The translations under genes and the position numbers were made by a program. A model generated the notes under the pieces. The model did no database searches and was not told where the DNA came from. It saw only the letters and a list, made by a program, of their open reading frames with translations. From a virus, in the IMG/VR virus record IMGVR_UViG_3300037423_001065, positions 1 through 64,000 of that record: a stretch of DNA of 64,000 nucleotides; one strand, 5' to 3'. Within the stretch, counting starts at the first letter, position 1, and each line of letters opens with the position of its first letter. Shown here piece by piece: positions 56,132 to 64,000 of this stretch.

Positions 56132-57280
56132 TTAGAACACGTCGTCGTCGCTGCGCGGGCCGCCCGCCTGGCCGTTGCCCTGGGGCTCCTCCGGCGGAAT
56201 GTCGTCCGGCGGGCCGCCTTCCTCCTGCGGCGGGGGCGGAGCGGGCGTCGGCGCCGGCGTGGGCTTGGGAGTGGGCTTCGGCGTCGCGGCGGGCTTCGCG
56301 GCGGCCGCGGCGGGCTTCGAGGCAGCGGCCGGCGCCGGCGTAGCGGCGGGCGCGGCAGGCTTCGAAGCCGCGGCAGGCGCGGGTGTCGCGGCAGCTCCGG
56401 CGGCGGCCGCCTGGGTGATTGCGGCCGCTTGGCTGGCGGCGCCGGTGGGCGCGGAGCCCGACACGTCGAAGTACTCGGCCGGCTTGCGGCCGTCGTTCTT
56501 GATGGCGTTGTAGACGCCCGTGAGGTTGATCAGCTCGTCCAGCGTGCACGTGTCGATCGAGTGGCCCAGGTAGCTCTCGAGGTGCGCGATGGTCACGCCG
56601 TACGTCTGGAACGCTGTCGCCATGTTGCGCACGCGTTCGGAGATGGGCTTGTCGACGGCGCCGGCGATCGTCGCGCGACACTTCGCGATGCCGGCCTCGA
56701 CCATCTGCTTCGGCACGAGCGCCAGGATGCGGCCGCGGATTTGCTTGCTGGCGACATTCGCGATGCGGTCGTCAATGTCGCGCTGGTCGCGCAACTTGCG
56801 CGGGCCGCTCTGCGTGTCGAGCGTGTGCATGACCGTGATCTGGCGCACGCTGCGATTGTTGTTCTCCATGTCCCAGGCGAACACCTCCACCTCGGACTTG
56901 CCCTCGGTGCGGCCCAGCTCGCGGTGGCCGTACTGGAAGTTGCCGAAGCAGCGCGCGACCTCCTCGGCGAAGCGGATGCTGGGGCCCGTCACCTTGCCGC
57001 CGGCGCGCGGCACGCTGTAGAACGCGGCCTGGGCGAACGCGGCCTGGGAGCACGCCTCCATGAAGTCGGCATGCGCCTTCGTCAAGCTGCGCGGGAAGCG
57101 CTTGGCGAGCACGAGCTGGCCCTGGGCCTCGGCGATCGCGCGCTCCTGCTCGATGGCGACGGCGCCGACGTTCATCGCGCCGTGGTCGCGCATGCGCGCG
57201 AACGGGTCAACGCCGCCAGGCTGGCGCTGGCCCTGGGTTGCGGGCAGGTTCTCGCTGCCGGTTTCTTCGTGTTCGTTCAT
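56132..57280 (-). CDS. Putative single-strand annealing protein with Pro/Ala-rich acidic tail
   Basis: AKRFPR, GPSIRFAE and WDMENN motifs; acidic DDVF end; same operon as the RecE-like nuclease; GAGGA SD. Confidence 0.6.
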   Translation of the reverse strand: MNEHEETGSENLPATQGQRQPGGVDPFARMRDHGAMNVGAVAIEQERAIAEAQGQLVLAKRFPRSLTKAHADFMEACSQAAFAQAAFYSVPRAGGKVTGPSIRFAEEVARCFGNFQYGHRELGRTEGKSEVEVFAWDMENNNRSVRQITVMHTLDTQSGPRKLRDQRDIDDRIANVASKQIRGRILALVPKQMVEAGIAKCRATIAGAVDKPISERVRNMATAFQTYGVTIAHLESYLGHSIDTCTLDELINLTGVYNAIKNDGRKPAEYFDVSGSAPTGAASQAAAITQAAAAGAAATPAPAAASKPAAPAATPAPAAASKPAAAAAKPAATPKPTPKPTPAPTPAPPPPQEEGGPPDDIPPEEPQGNGQAGGPRSDDDVF

Positions 57281-57293
57281 GTTGTCCTCGGGG

Positions 57294-57899
57294 TCAGTGC
57301 ACTTGCGGGGTGTCGCCGGCGGGGGTGTCGCCGGCGGGCTGGGTGTCGTTGGCGGCCGCATCGGCCGCGGGCTGCTGGGGCTGCGCCGCGCGCACGACGG
57401 CGTCGGTGAGCTCCTGGATGCCGCCCTGGTAGAACTGGATGACCGGCGGGCCGCCCTGAATGAACACGAGCGCGACGTTCGGCTGGCCCTTGTCGTCGTT
57501 GAGGACCGCCATCTGGCAGAGGCGGTTGTGCACGGCCATGGCCGACAGCACCATCTCCACGGGCAGGTCCAGCACCGTGGCCTCGTCAAGCTGGCCGATG
57601 AGGGCCTGCGCGTCGTGGTAGGTGATTTCCGCGTCGTTCGGGTCCAGGCCGGGCCGCGTGAAGCGCACCAGGCGCGCGTGCGGCATGTACTCGTCCGGGT
57701 TCATGTTGCCCATGAGCCAGTCCGTAATTTCGCGGCTGTCCTCGAACAGACCGGTCGTGTCCTGGAGGGCGGCCTCCATGGTGGGGAACTCGTCGTTGCG
57801 CTCGTTGTGATAGAAGGCGGCGCGGTTGTTTGCGACGATCGCAGTTGCCAATTCGTAGGTGTGCCCGGTGGGGAAAGCGAGCTGGATGAAGGGTTTCAC
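57294..57899 (-). CDS. Hypothetical protein (201 aa)
   Basis: GGAG SD and GTG start. Confidence 0.7.
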   Translation of the reverse strand: MKPFIQLAFPTGHTYELATAIVANNRAAFYHNERNDEFPTMEAALQDTTGLFEDSREITDWLMGNMNPDEYMPHARLVRFTRPGLDPNDAEITYHDAQALIGQLDEATVLDLPVEMVLSAMAVHNRLCQMAVLNDDKGQPNVALVFIQGGPPVIQFYQGGIQELTDAVVRAAQPQQPAADAAANDTQPAGDTPAGDTPQVH

Positions 57900-57961
57900 G
57901 GGTGCTCCAAAAATGATGAGGTTGATTCTATTTGATCAAGTCAGCAGGGGTCCAGATTTTT

Positions 57962-59257
57962 CTAGTGCTCGATCGCGAAGTCGTCGCCGGTGACGCGCGT
58001 AACGAACATCTGGAGCCCGCTGTCGGTGGCGCGCGCGCGGAACGCCTCGAGCGCTTCCGGGTCCAGGGCCTCGATGCGGTCGACGCAGATGACGCCCAGG
58101 TCGCCGGCGCGCACCTGGGCGAGCTCGACAGCCGCCTCCACCTGGCGGGCGGTGTTCACGCGATCGAACGGCACGCCGTCGATATAGAGCTCGCCGTCCT
58201 TGACCTCGGCGCCGGTGATCGGTAGCGACTCGAGCAATTCCAGCTTGTACGCGTCGATCGCCGCGAGCTGTTCGGTCTCGCTGGCCGCCTGGGTCTCCAG
58301 CGACTCGAGCTCGGTCTCCAGGTTCGCGATGGTCTCCAGCGTCTGCTGGCGCCGGCCGTGGGCCTCGCGATCGCCGGCGATGCGGTCCAGGGCCATGCGC
58401 ACCGGCTGCGAGTCGGCGTTGTACTTCTCCTGGTTCTTCTGGCGCTGCGCGTTTGCCTTGCCCTCGGCCGTCGTGTATCCCTCGCGCAGGCCCGAGATTT
58501 CCAGTTGCAGCGCGGCGATCTTGTCCATGCGCTCCTGGATACCCTTGTCGCGATCGGCGCGCATGCCTTCGAGCTTCGTGTCGATGCGCTGCTTCTCGCC
58601 GAGGAGCCAGGCGTCGAGCTCCGCCAGCTTGGCGCGCAGCTCCTGCTCGTCGCCGTCGGCCTGGCCCTGCGGTACCGGCGGCAGCGCCTGGCGAAGCTGG
58701 GCGATCGTCGCCGACTTCTCCTTGACGGCGCGGTTGGTGCCCGTGCGGCCGTCGTAGACCTGCTGGCGCACGTCGTCAATCACGGTGAGCGCGTGCACGC
58801 CCTGGCGCTGGCGCGGCTCCATGCCGGTGATCTTCGCCAGGCGCTCGTAGTCGGCCTCGATCGGCAGCGACTCGAGCAGCACGCGCACGCGGTCCTTCGA
58901 GTCGGCGAGCAGGAACTGGACCGGGTTCACGCTGAGCGCGTCGGTGATTTGGCGCAGCGCGTCGACGGGCTTGTTCACCCTCTTGCCCTCGCGCTTCACG
59001 ACGGTGTCGGAGCCCGACTCCGTCACCTTGCGCGTCACCTCGGTGCCGTCGTCCAGGAGCAGGACGATTTCGCCCTTCTTCTGGCCGGCGCGCAGGAGCG
59101 TGGCGTCGTGCCCGCCCTTGAGCGCCGCCTTGATGGCCTCGAGGATGCTGGTCTTGCCGGTGCCGTTCTTGCCGCTGATCTGGTTGAAACCGTCGGGCGT
59201 GAACTCGAACTCCTCGATGCCGAGGATGTTCTGGATGCGGACGTGTGTGATGCGCAT
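57962..59257 (-). CDS. SMC/Rad50-like AAA ATPase with coiled coil
   Basis: GKNGTGKTS Walker A, long coiled coil and ICVDRIEALD Walker B region. Confidence 0.8.
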   Translation of the reverse strand: MRITHVRIQNILGIEEFEFTPDGFNQISGKNGTGKTSILEAIKAALKGGHDATLLRAGQKKGEIVLLLDDGTEVTRKVTESGSDTVVKREGKRVNKPVDALRQITDALSVNPVQFLLADSKDRVRVLLESLPIEADYERLAKITGMEPRQRQGVHALTVIDDVRQQVYDGRTGTNRAVKEKSATIAQLRQALPPVPQGQADGDEQELRAKLAELDAWLLGEKQRIDTKLEGMRADRDKGIQERMDKIAALQLEISGLREGYTTAEGKANAQRQKNQEKYNADSQPVRMALDRIAGDREAHGRRQQTLETIANLETELESLETQAASETEQLAAIDAYKLELLESLPITGAEVKDGELYIDGVPFDRVNTARQVEAAVELAQVRAGDLGVICVDRIEALDPEALEAFRARATDSGLQMFVTRVTGDDFAIEH

Positions 59258-59260
59258 GGC

Positions 59261-59851
59261 TCAGGCCCCCAGCTCGCGAAGGCGGTTGGAGAGAAGGCCG
59301 TACGCGCGGCCGACGTGCAGCTCGGCGAGCTCGGTCCAGTCGGCGACGATCGCGCCCCAGGTGGGCGACAGCTCGCCCATGCGCTCGAGGTGAGGCGCCA
59401 GGCGCGGGACGGTGCGCACGAGCTCGAAGCAGCGCGAGAAGTCATCGGCGTCGCGCGGGTGCGCGGTCGGGTCGCGCAGCTCTCCTGCTTCGAACTGGTA
59501 CCCGGTGAGGTGCTGGAACATCGCCATGGAGCTGTTGCCACGGTCGCCGGCGCCGAGCCACTTCGCCGAGCCCTCCGGCAGTCCGAGCTGTCGCTCGATG
59601 GCCTCGTACTTGGCGATCGCCGCCGGCGCCAGCACTTCGCGCAGCTCCTTGCAGTCGTCGGGCTCGCCGAACGCGAAGTTGGCGCCGGCCAGGCGCGCGA
59701 GCGTCGGGTCCATGATGGCCTTCTTCGGCTCGTGCGTGAGCTGCGCGAGCGCGCCGAACACGCGCATGGGGACCATGCCGAAAATCAGGACGCACCGCCG
59801 ACGGTGCTCGATCGTGTAGCGGGCGTCGCCGCTGATGAGGGTCGTGTTCAT
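59261..59851 (-). CDS. Hypothetical protein
   Basis: ATGA overlap with the exonuclease stop; GNSS and HPRDADDFSRC motifs. Confidence 0.7.
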   Translation of the reverse strand: MNTTLISGDARYTIEHRRRCVLIFGMVPMRVFGALAQLTHEPKKAIMDPTLARLAGANFAFGEPDDCKELREVLAPAAIAKYEAIERQLGLPEGSAKWLGAGDRGNSSMAMFQHLTGYQFEAGELRDPTAHPRDADDFSRCFELVRTVPRLAPHLERMGELSPTWGAIVADWTELAELHVGRAYGLLSNRLRELGA

Positions 59852-60687
59852 CGCTTCATCCACTTCGGAAGTTCAAGGGGCAGCGCCTCGATGCCGTAGT
59901 CGGGCCAGGCCGTCGCGGTGCCGTACGTCTGTTTCAGTTGCACGATGCGACCGAAGTCGCGCCGCGCGGTATCGCGCGCCACGGCGATCTGCTCCGGCGT
60001 CGCGAAGTAGATGCCGATGGCATAGGGCGGCTTCTTTTCCACCGCCAGGTACACGAACGACTGGGGCGTCTGTCCGTACAGAATGTCCATCACGTCGAAG
60101 TACCAGGGCGGCTGCAGGTCATAGCGGAAATTCGCCACGGACCGGCCGAAGCCTTCGGGGCTCGCGTCCTCGGTGGACTTCACGTCGATCGCCATGTCGC
60201 CGGCATCGCGCAGGTAGTCGAAGCGGCACTTCACGAGCTCGTTGTGCTCCGGGTCCAGCGCGAAAAACGTCTGCTCCGGCTTGCCGTCGGTGAGAAGGCC
60301 GCGCGCCACGGGATGGCGGTAGACGGCGTCGCGCACCAGGAGCACGGCCTGGTAGTCCTCATCGGCCAGGATGATCTTGCCGGCGTGCTCCGCGCAGAAC
60401 GCCGCGTATTCGGCCTTGCCGGCGTTCGAGCGACGGTCGATGCCGGGATTCGGCACGCACACCGCGCTGAGGGTGTCGGGCTCGAGGATGGCCGAGTGGA
60501 TGCACGTGCCGAGCTGCATCGCCGGCGTGGGCTCCGATCGCTCGCGCTCCGGATTGAGGTACTTGTGCCAGTAGTGCAGGGGCGCCTGGTTGGCGATCAC
60601 GTCCAGGTGCGACTTACTCACGCCAGGCCCGGCGTGGTATTCGTCGTTCGTCATCTCGACGTGCCCCATGGGGGTGTTCTCGTGCAT
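59848..60687 (-). CDS. RecE/exonuclease VIII-like PD-(D/E)XK nuclease
   Basis: YHA..GVSKS, GTCIH, KCRFD, DVKST and YDLQ motifs; GAGGAG SD before ATG 60687. Confidence 0.88.
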   Translation of the reverse strand: MHENTPMGHVEMTNDEYHAGPGVSKSHLDVIANQAPLHYWHKYLNPERERSEPTPAMQLGTCIHSAILEPDTLSAVCVPNPGIDRRSNAGKAEYAAFCAEHAGKIILADEDYQAVLLVRDAVYRHPVARGLLTDGKPEQTFFALDPEHNELVKCRFDYLRDAGDMAIDVKSTEDASPEGFGRSVANFRYDLQPPWYFDVMDILYGQTPQSFVYLAVEKKPPYAIGIYFATPEQIAVARDTARRDFGRIVQLKQTYGTATAWPDYGIEALPLELPKWMKR

Positions 60688-60689
60688 CG

Positions 60690-60845
60690 GGCTCCTCTTG
60701 ATCAAAAATGGGTGAGCGGATTCTCAATCAAATTTGATCAAGTGGCAACGGCTTTTTGTTCGCGTCGCAAATTTGCGACACGATAACCATTGATCAAAAT
60801 TGAGCGCCTGGGCTAAACTCGCGGCACTTGCACCTTTTGAGGACC
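60690..60845. promoter_or_regulatory. Divergent early control region with sigma70-like promoters and three TTGATCAA palindromes
   Basis: AT-rich; minus-strand TTGCCA-N17-GAGAAT, plus-strand TTGATC-N18-TAAACT; TTGATCAA at 60698, 60734 and 60790. Confidence 0.65.
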
Positions 60846-60849
60846 ATCA

Positions 60850-61101
60850 GTGCCCGCCGCCGAGACGAAACCGTACGACGAGGAGTTCCGCGATCGACTA
60901 CAGAAGATCGAGGCGGACGTGCTCGAGCTCGGTCTGAACTTCACCGTGATCTGTAGCCGCGCCGGCATCAGCCGCGCGACACCCGACCGCTGGAAGCGGC
61001 ACACGCCCAAGACCATCGCGCTGGTCGCGAAGGTGGAAAGCATCATCGCCGAGGAGCGCGCCAAGCTGCCGCGCCGTCGCCCGGCACGCAAGAGGGCATA
61101 G
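60850..61101 (+). CDS. Small HTH (Cro-like) transcriptional regulator
   Basis: NFTVICSRAGISRATPDRW HTH pattern; GAGGA SD. Confidence 0.7.
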   Translation: MPAAETKPYDEEFRDRLQKIEADVLELGLNFTVICSRAGISRATPDRWKRHTPKTIALVAKVESIIAEERAKLPRRRPARKRA

Positions 61102-61158
61102 CCAACGAAACACCCGCGGGGCCCGGACCCTTCAAGTTCGCACTGGGCCCTTCACGAC

Positions 61159-62859
61159 ATGAGCAACATCCAGCTTCGGGACTACCAGGCGAAAGCCTTC
61201 GATGAAATCCGCGTCAAGTTCCGTGACGCCGAGCAGCATCCCGTGCTGTTCGTGCTGCCCACCGGCGGCGGCAAGACCTACACGTTCTCGGCGATCGCCG
61301 ACTCCGCGGCCAGGCGCGGGCGCGAGGTCATCATCATCGTGCACCGCAAGGAGCTCCTGACCCAGGCGAGCCAGTCGCTCACGAACCTGGGCATCGAGCA
61401 CGGCCTCATCAGCCCGTTCTTCACGCCGAACCCGCACGTGCTCGTGCAGGTGGCGAGCGTGGACACCCTCCTGATCCGCCTCAAGAAAAAGCCGCACAAG
61501 CCGAAGCCTGGCGGCCTGCTCGTGATCTTCGATGAGGCGCACCACGTCGTAGACAGCAACAAGTGGGGCCGCGCGTTCGAGGCCCTGGGCCGCCCGCACA
61601 TGCTGGGCGTGACGGCGACGCCCGTGCGCACCGATGGCAAGGGCCTGGGCGCGCACGCCGGCGGCGTGTTCAAGTCGATGGTGCTAGGCCCGTCGGTCGC
61701 CGAGCTGATCGAGCGCGGCATGCTCGTGAACCCGATCGTCTACACGTCGTACGAGACGCCGGACTTCTCGGACCTCAAGACCAACAAGGACGGCGACTAC
61801 AACCTCCAGGACCTGGCGGCCAAGGTCGATAAGCCGAAGATCACCGGCGACGCCGTCGAGCACTACTCGCGCATCTGCCCTGGCGCCAAGGCCATCGTGT
61901 TCTGCGCGTCGATCGCGCACGCCAAGCACGTTGCCGAGGCGTTCAACGCCGCCGGCTTCAAGTTCGAGCTGCTGGTCGGCGCGCCGGAGATGAGCGACGC
62001 CGAGCGCACGTCGGTGAATCGCCGGCTGCGCCGCGGCGAGATTGACGGCGCCTGCACCGTGGACCTGGTGAGCGAGGGCTACGATTTGCCCGACCTCGAG
62101 TGCTGCATCATGCTGCGCCACACCGCGAGCGAGGGCCTGTTCCTGCAGCAGGTCGGCCGCATCATGCGCCCGTCGGACGCCAAGCGCGGATGCTGGCTCC
62201 TGGACCACGTCGGCAACGTCGGCCGCCTGGTCGACGGCGAGTTCAAGCGCAAGCACGGCCTGCCCAACGAGGTGCGCGAGTGGACCCTGGACGGCCGGCG
62301 CAAAAAGAAGCGCAAGAAGGACCAGGACGACGAGCCGACCATTCCGATGAAGCAGTGCCCGCAGTGCTTCGCCGTGCACGCGCCGGCGACGCATTGCCCG
62401 GCGTGCGGGTTCGAATACCCGGCCGCGGCGCGCCAGCTCGAGCAGGTCGACGGCGAGCTCGTGCCGCTGGACCAGGCTGCGATCGCCGAGCAGCGCAAGC
62501 AGCAAATCCGCATCCAGGCGACCTCGAGGACCGTCGAGGAGATGATGCAGAACCTGGGCTACACGCGCGGCCGCGCGGAGGCGATCGTCAAGGCCCGCGA
62601 GGAGAAGGACGCCCTGCGCAAGGCGCTCGAGGACGACCTAGCCGCCTGGCGATCGGAGACCGGCATCCCGCCCCAGGAGCTGATCGGCATGTTCCTGGCC
62701 GACCTCAAGCGGCTGAAACCCAAAGAGCTCAAGGCGAAGCACGAGCACGTGCAGCGCGCCAGGGCGACGTACTTCAAGGCGCAGCAGGCCGGCGACGACC
62801 CGGTCCTGGCGCTGCGCCTCGAGCAGATTCTCAACCCGGCGGACTCGCCGCTCCTCTGA
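61159..62859 (+). CDS. SF2 DEAH helicase with C-terminal Zn ribbon
   Basis: PTGGGKT, DEAH, TATP, QQVGR and CPQC...CPAC motifs. Confidence 0.9.
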   Translation: MSNIQLRDYQAKAFDEIRVKFRDAEQHPVLFVLPTGGGKTYTFSAIADSAARRGREVIIIVHRKELLTQASQSLTNLGIEHGLISPFFTPNPHVLVQVASVDTLLIRLKKKPHKPKPGGLLVIFDEAHHVVDSNKWGRAFEALGRPHMLGVTATPVRTDGKGLGAHAGGVFKSMVLGPSVAELIERGMLVNPIVYTSYETPDFSDLKTNKDGDYNLQDLAAKVDKPKITGDAVEHYSRICPGAKAIVFCASIAHAKHVAEAFNAAGFKFELLVGAPEMSDAERTSVNRRLRRGEIDGACTVDLVSEGYDLPDLECCIMLRHTASEGLFLQQVGRIMRPSDAKRGCWLLDHVGNVGRLVDGEFKRKHGLPNEVREWTLDGRRKKKRKKDQDDEPTIPMKQCPQCFAVHAPATHCPACGFEYPAAARQLEQVDGELVPLDQAAIAEQRKQQIRIQATSRTVEEMMQNLGYTRGRAEAIVKAREEKDALRKALEDDLAAWRSETGIPPQELIGMFLADLKRLKPKELKAKHEHVQRARATYFKAQQAGDDPVLALRLEQILNPADSPLL

Positions 62860-62869
62860 AAGGCCCACC

Positions 62870-63325
62870 ATGGCATCCGTAAACAAGGTCATCCTGATCG
62901 GCAACGCCGGCCGAGACCCCGAGACGCGCACCTTCCCCAGCGGGGACAAGGTGTGCAACGTCACCATCGCGACCACCGAGAAGTGGAAGGACAAGAGCTC
63001 CGGCGAACAGAAGGAGGCGACCGAATGGCACCGCCTGGTGTTCAACGGCCGCCTGGCTGAAATCGCCGGCGAGTACATCAAGAAGGGCTCCCAGATTTAC
63101 GTCGAGGGCTCGATCAAGTCGCGCAAGTACACCGACAAGGACCAGGTCGAGCGCACGGCCGTCGAGATTCGCGTCGACAAGCTGACGCTGCTCGGCTCGA
63201 AGCCGGCCGGCGAAGGCGGCGGCCAGCAGTCGCGCGCGCCGGCGCCCGCTCAGCGCCCCGCGGCGCCGGCGGCCGGCGGCCGCAAGGCCGGGTTCGATGA
63301 CATGGACGACGACATTCCGTTCTGA
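62870..63325 (+). CDS. ssb: Single-stranded DNA-binding protein
   Basis: [12 protein letters not shown]...DDDIPF. Confidence 0.95.
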   Translation: MASVNKVILIGNAGRDPETRTFPSGDKVCNVTIATTEKWKDKSSGEQKEATEWHRLVFNGRLAEIAGEYIKKGSQIYVEGSIKSRKYTDKDQVERTAVEIRVDKLTLLGSKPAGEGGGQQSRAPAPAQRPAAPAAGGRKAGFDDMDDDIPF

Positions 63326-64000
63326 TGGCCTGGTCCAAGGGTTACGCCGAGTGGATTGATGGGGACACCGCGTTCCTGTCGATCGCGTTCACCTGGCTGC
63401 TCGATCACGCGTACATGCGCGCCCTGTCGCTTCGCGCGACGGGGCTCAAGGTGCGCGCGGGCGGCCCAGCGCTGTTCCTGGTGCAGATGCGGCACGAGCT
63501 CGCGGACCTCGATGGCGTCGAGCTGGGCGGCGATGTGCCGGAGGCTGTCACCAGGCACAACCCGGACGCCACGTTTTTCAGCCGTGGGTGCCCGGTGGGG
63601 TGCGGCTTCTGCATCGTGCCGGCGATGGAGGGGCGCGAGTTCACGCTCATCCCGAACGCCGTGCCGCGGCCGGTGCTGTGCGACAACAACCTCTCGGCGC
63701 TGCCGGCCGACTACCAGGACTTCATCATCGCCAGGTACCAGGGCGCCGGCGTGAAGCTCACCGATGCGAACAGCGGGTTCGAGCCGATCACGTTCACGCC
63801 CGACGTGTACGAGCGCTGGCGGCCGCTGATCAACGAGGGCGGCGGGCCCTGGCGCTTCGCGTACGACGAGCTCAAGGAGCGCGACGACGTGCTGCGCGTC
63901 ATGCGCATGCTCGAGGCCGAGCCGGCGAAGCGCAAGCGCGTGTACGTGCTGATCGGCAACGAGCCTTTCGCCGAGTGCATGCGGCGCCTCCAGGAGGTCC
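63325..64000 (+). CDS. Radical SAM protein, 3'-truncated (absent from the ORF track)
   Basis: ATG 63325 overlaps the ssb stop; the frame contains SRGCPVGCGFCIVP (CxxxCxxC) and LCDNN and stays open to the window end. Confidence 0.85.
   Translation, partial: MAWSKGYAEWIDGDTAFLSIAFTWLLDHAYMRALSLRATGLKVRAGGPALFLVQMRHELADLDGVELGGDVPEAVTRHNPDATFFSRGCPVGCGFCIVPAMEGREFTLIPNAVPRPVLCDNNLSALPADYQDFIIARYQGAGVKLTDANSGFEPITFTPDVYERWRPLINEGGGPWRFAYDELKERDDVLRVMRMLEAEPAKRKRVYVLIGNEPFAECMRRLQEV

Larger units (their letters stand above)
1..64000. mobile_element. Segment of a contractile-tailed bacteriophage genome
   Basis: Contiguous head, neck, sheath, tube, tape measure, baseplate, fibre, lysis and replication genes; no host housekeeping genes in the window. 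Confidence 0.96.

Noticed and set aside
52369-60786. Long plus-strand ORFs such as 55145-57409 and 58358-59899
   Set aside because: Shadows of the minus-strand early operon, whose genes carry clear motifs.
60690-61101. Lambda-like CI/Cro lysogeny switch or prophage boundary
   Set aside because: No CI-like repressor, integrase or att site seen; lifestyle cannot be determined from this window.

Overview
This GC-rich 64 kb window is one continuous segment of a contractile-tailed dsDNA phage (myovirus). The host is probably a betaproteobacterium, judged from the SSB sequence. I see no host genes, integrase, tRNA or CRISPR array. Layout: (1) 1-19.1 kb, a block of putative head-packaged cargo genes: a RelA/SpoT-like nucleotidyltransferase, a MuF-like head protein, a PAPS-reductase-family protein, a TGT-like/pyrophosphatase polyprotein, a DarB-like methyltransferase-helicase and a second SF2 helicase, plus two strongly structured intergenic RNAs. 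(2) 19.2-22.4 kb, prohead protease, scaffold and major capsid protein. (3) 23-31.4 kb, a methyltransferase/Maf-type glycosyltransferase fusion beside a 2069-aa Thr/Ala/Ser-rich repeat fibre. (4) 31.4-50.2 kb, neck, sheath, tube, +1-frameshifted chaperone, tape measure, baseplate and tail fibre. (5) 50.3-52.2 kb, lysis cassette. (6) 52.2-60.7 kb on the minus strand, nucleotide metabolism and recombination genes (thyX, MazG-like, RecD-like, SSAP, SMC-like, RecE-like). (7) 60.8-64 kb on the plus strand, HTH regulator, helicase, ssb and a radical SAM enzyme. The strongest signals are: a shared hydrophobic-K-[S/A/T/G] tag plus basic beta-hairpin on the cargo proteins, with the same K motif in protease, scaffold and capsid, suggesting a capsid-loading and polyprotein-processing system; a 16-bp late-promoter motif (consensus GTCGTGACnnnAnnnT) in 14 copies, half of them driving apparently leaderless mRNAs; and two tandem candidate ncRNAs at 1.64-2.17 kb. 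All functional calls come from motif recognition by eye; no database search was run.
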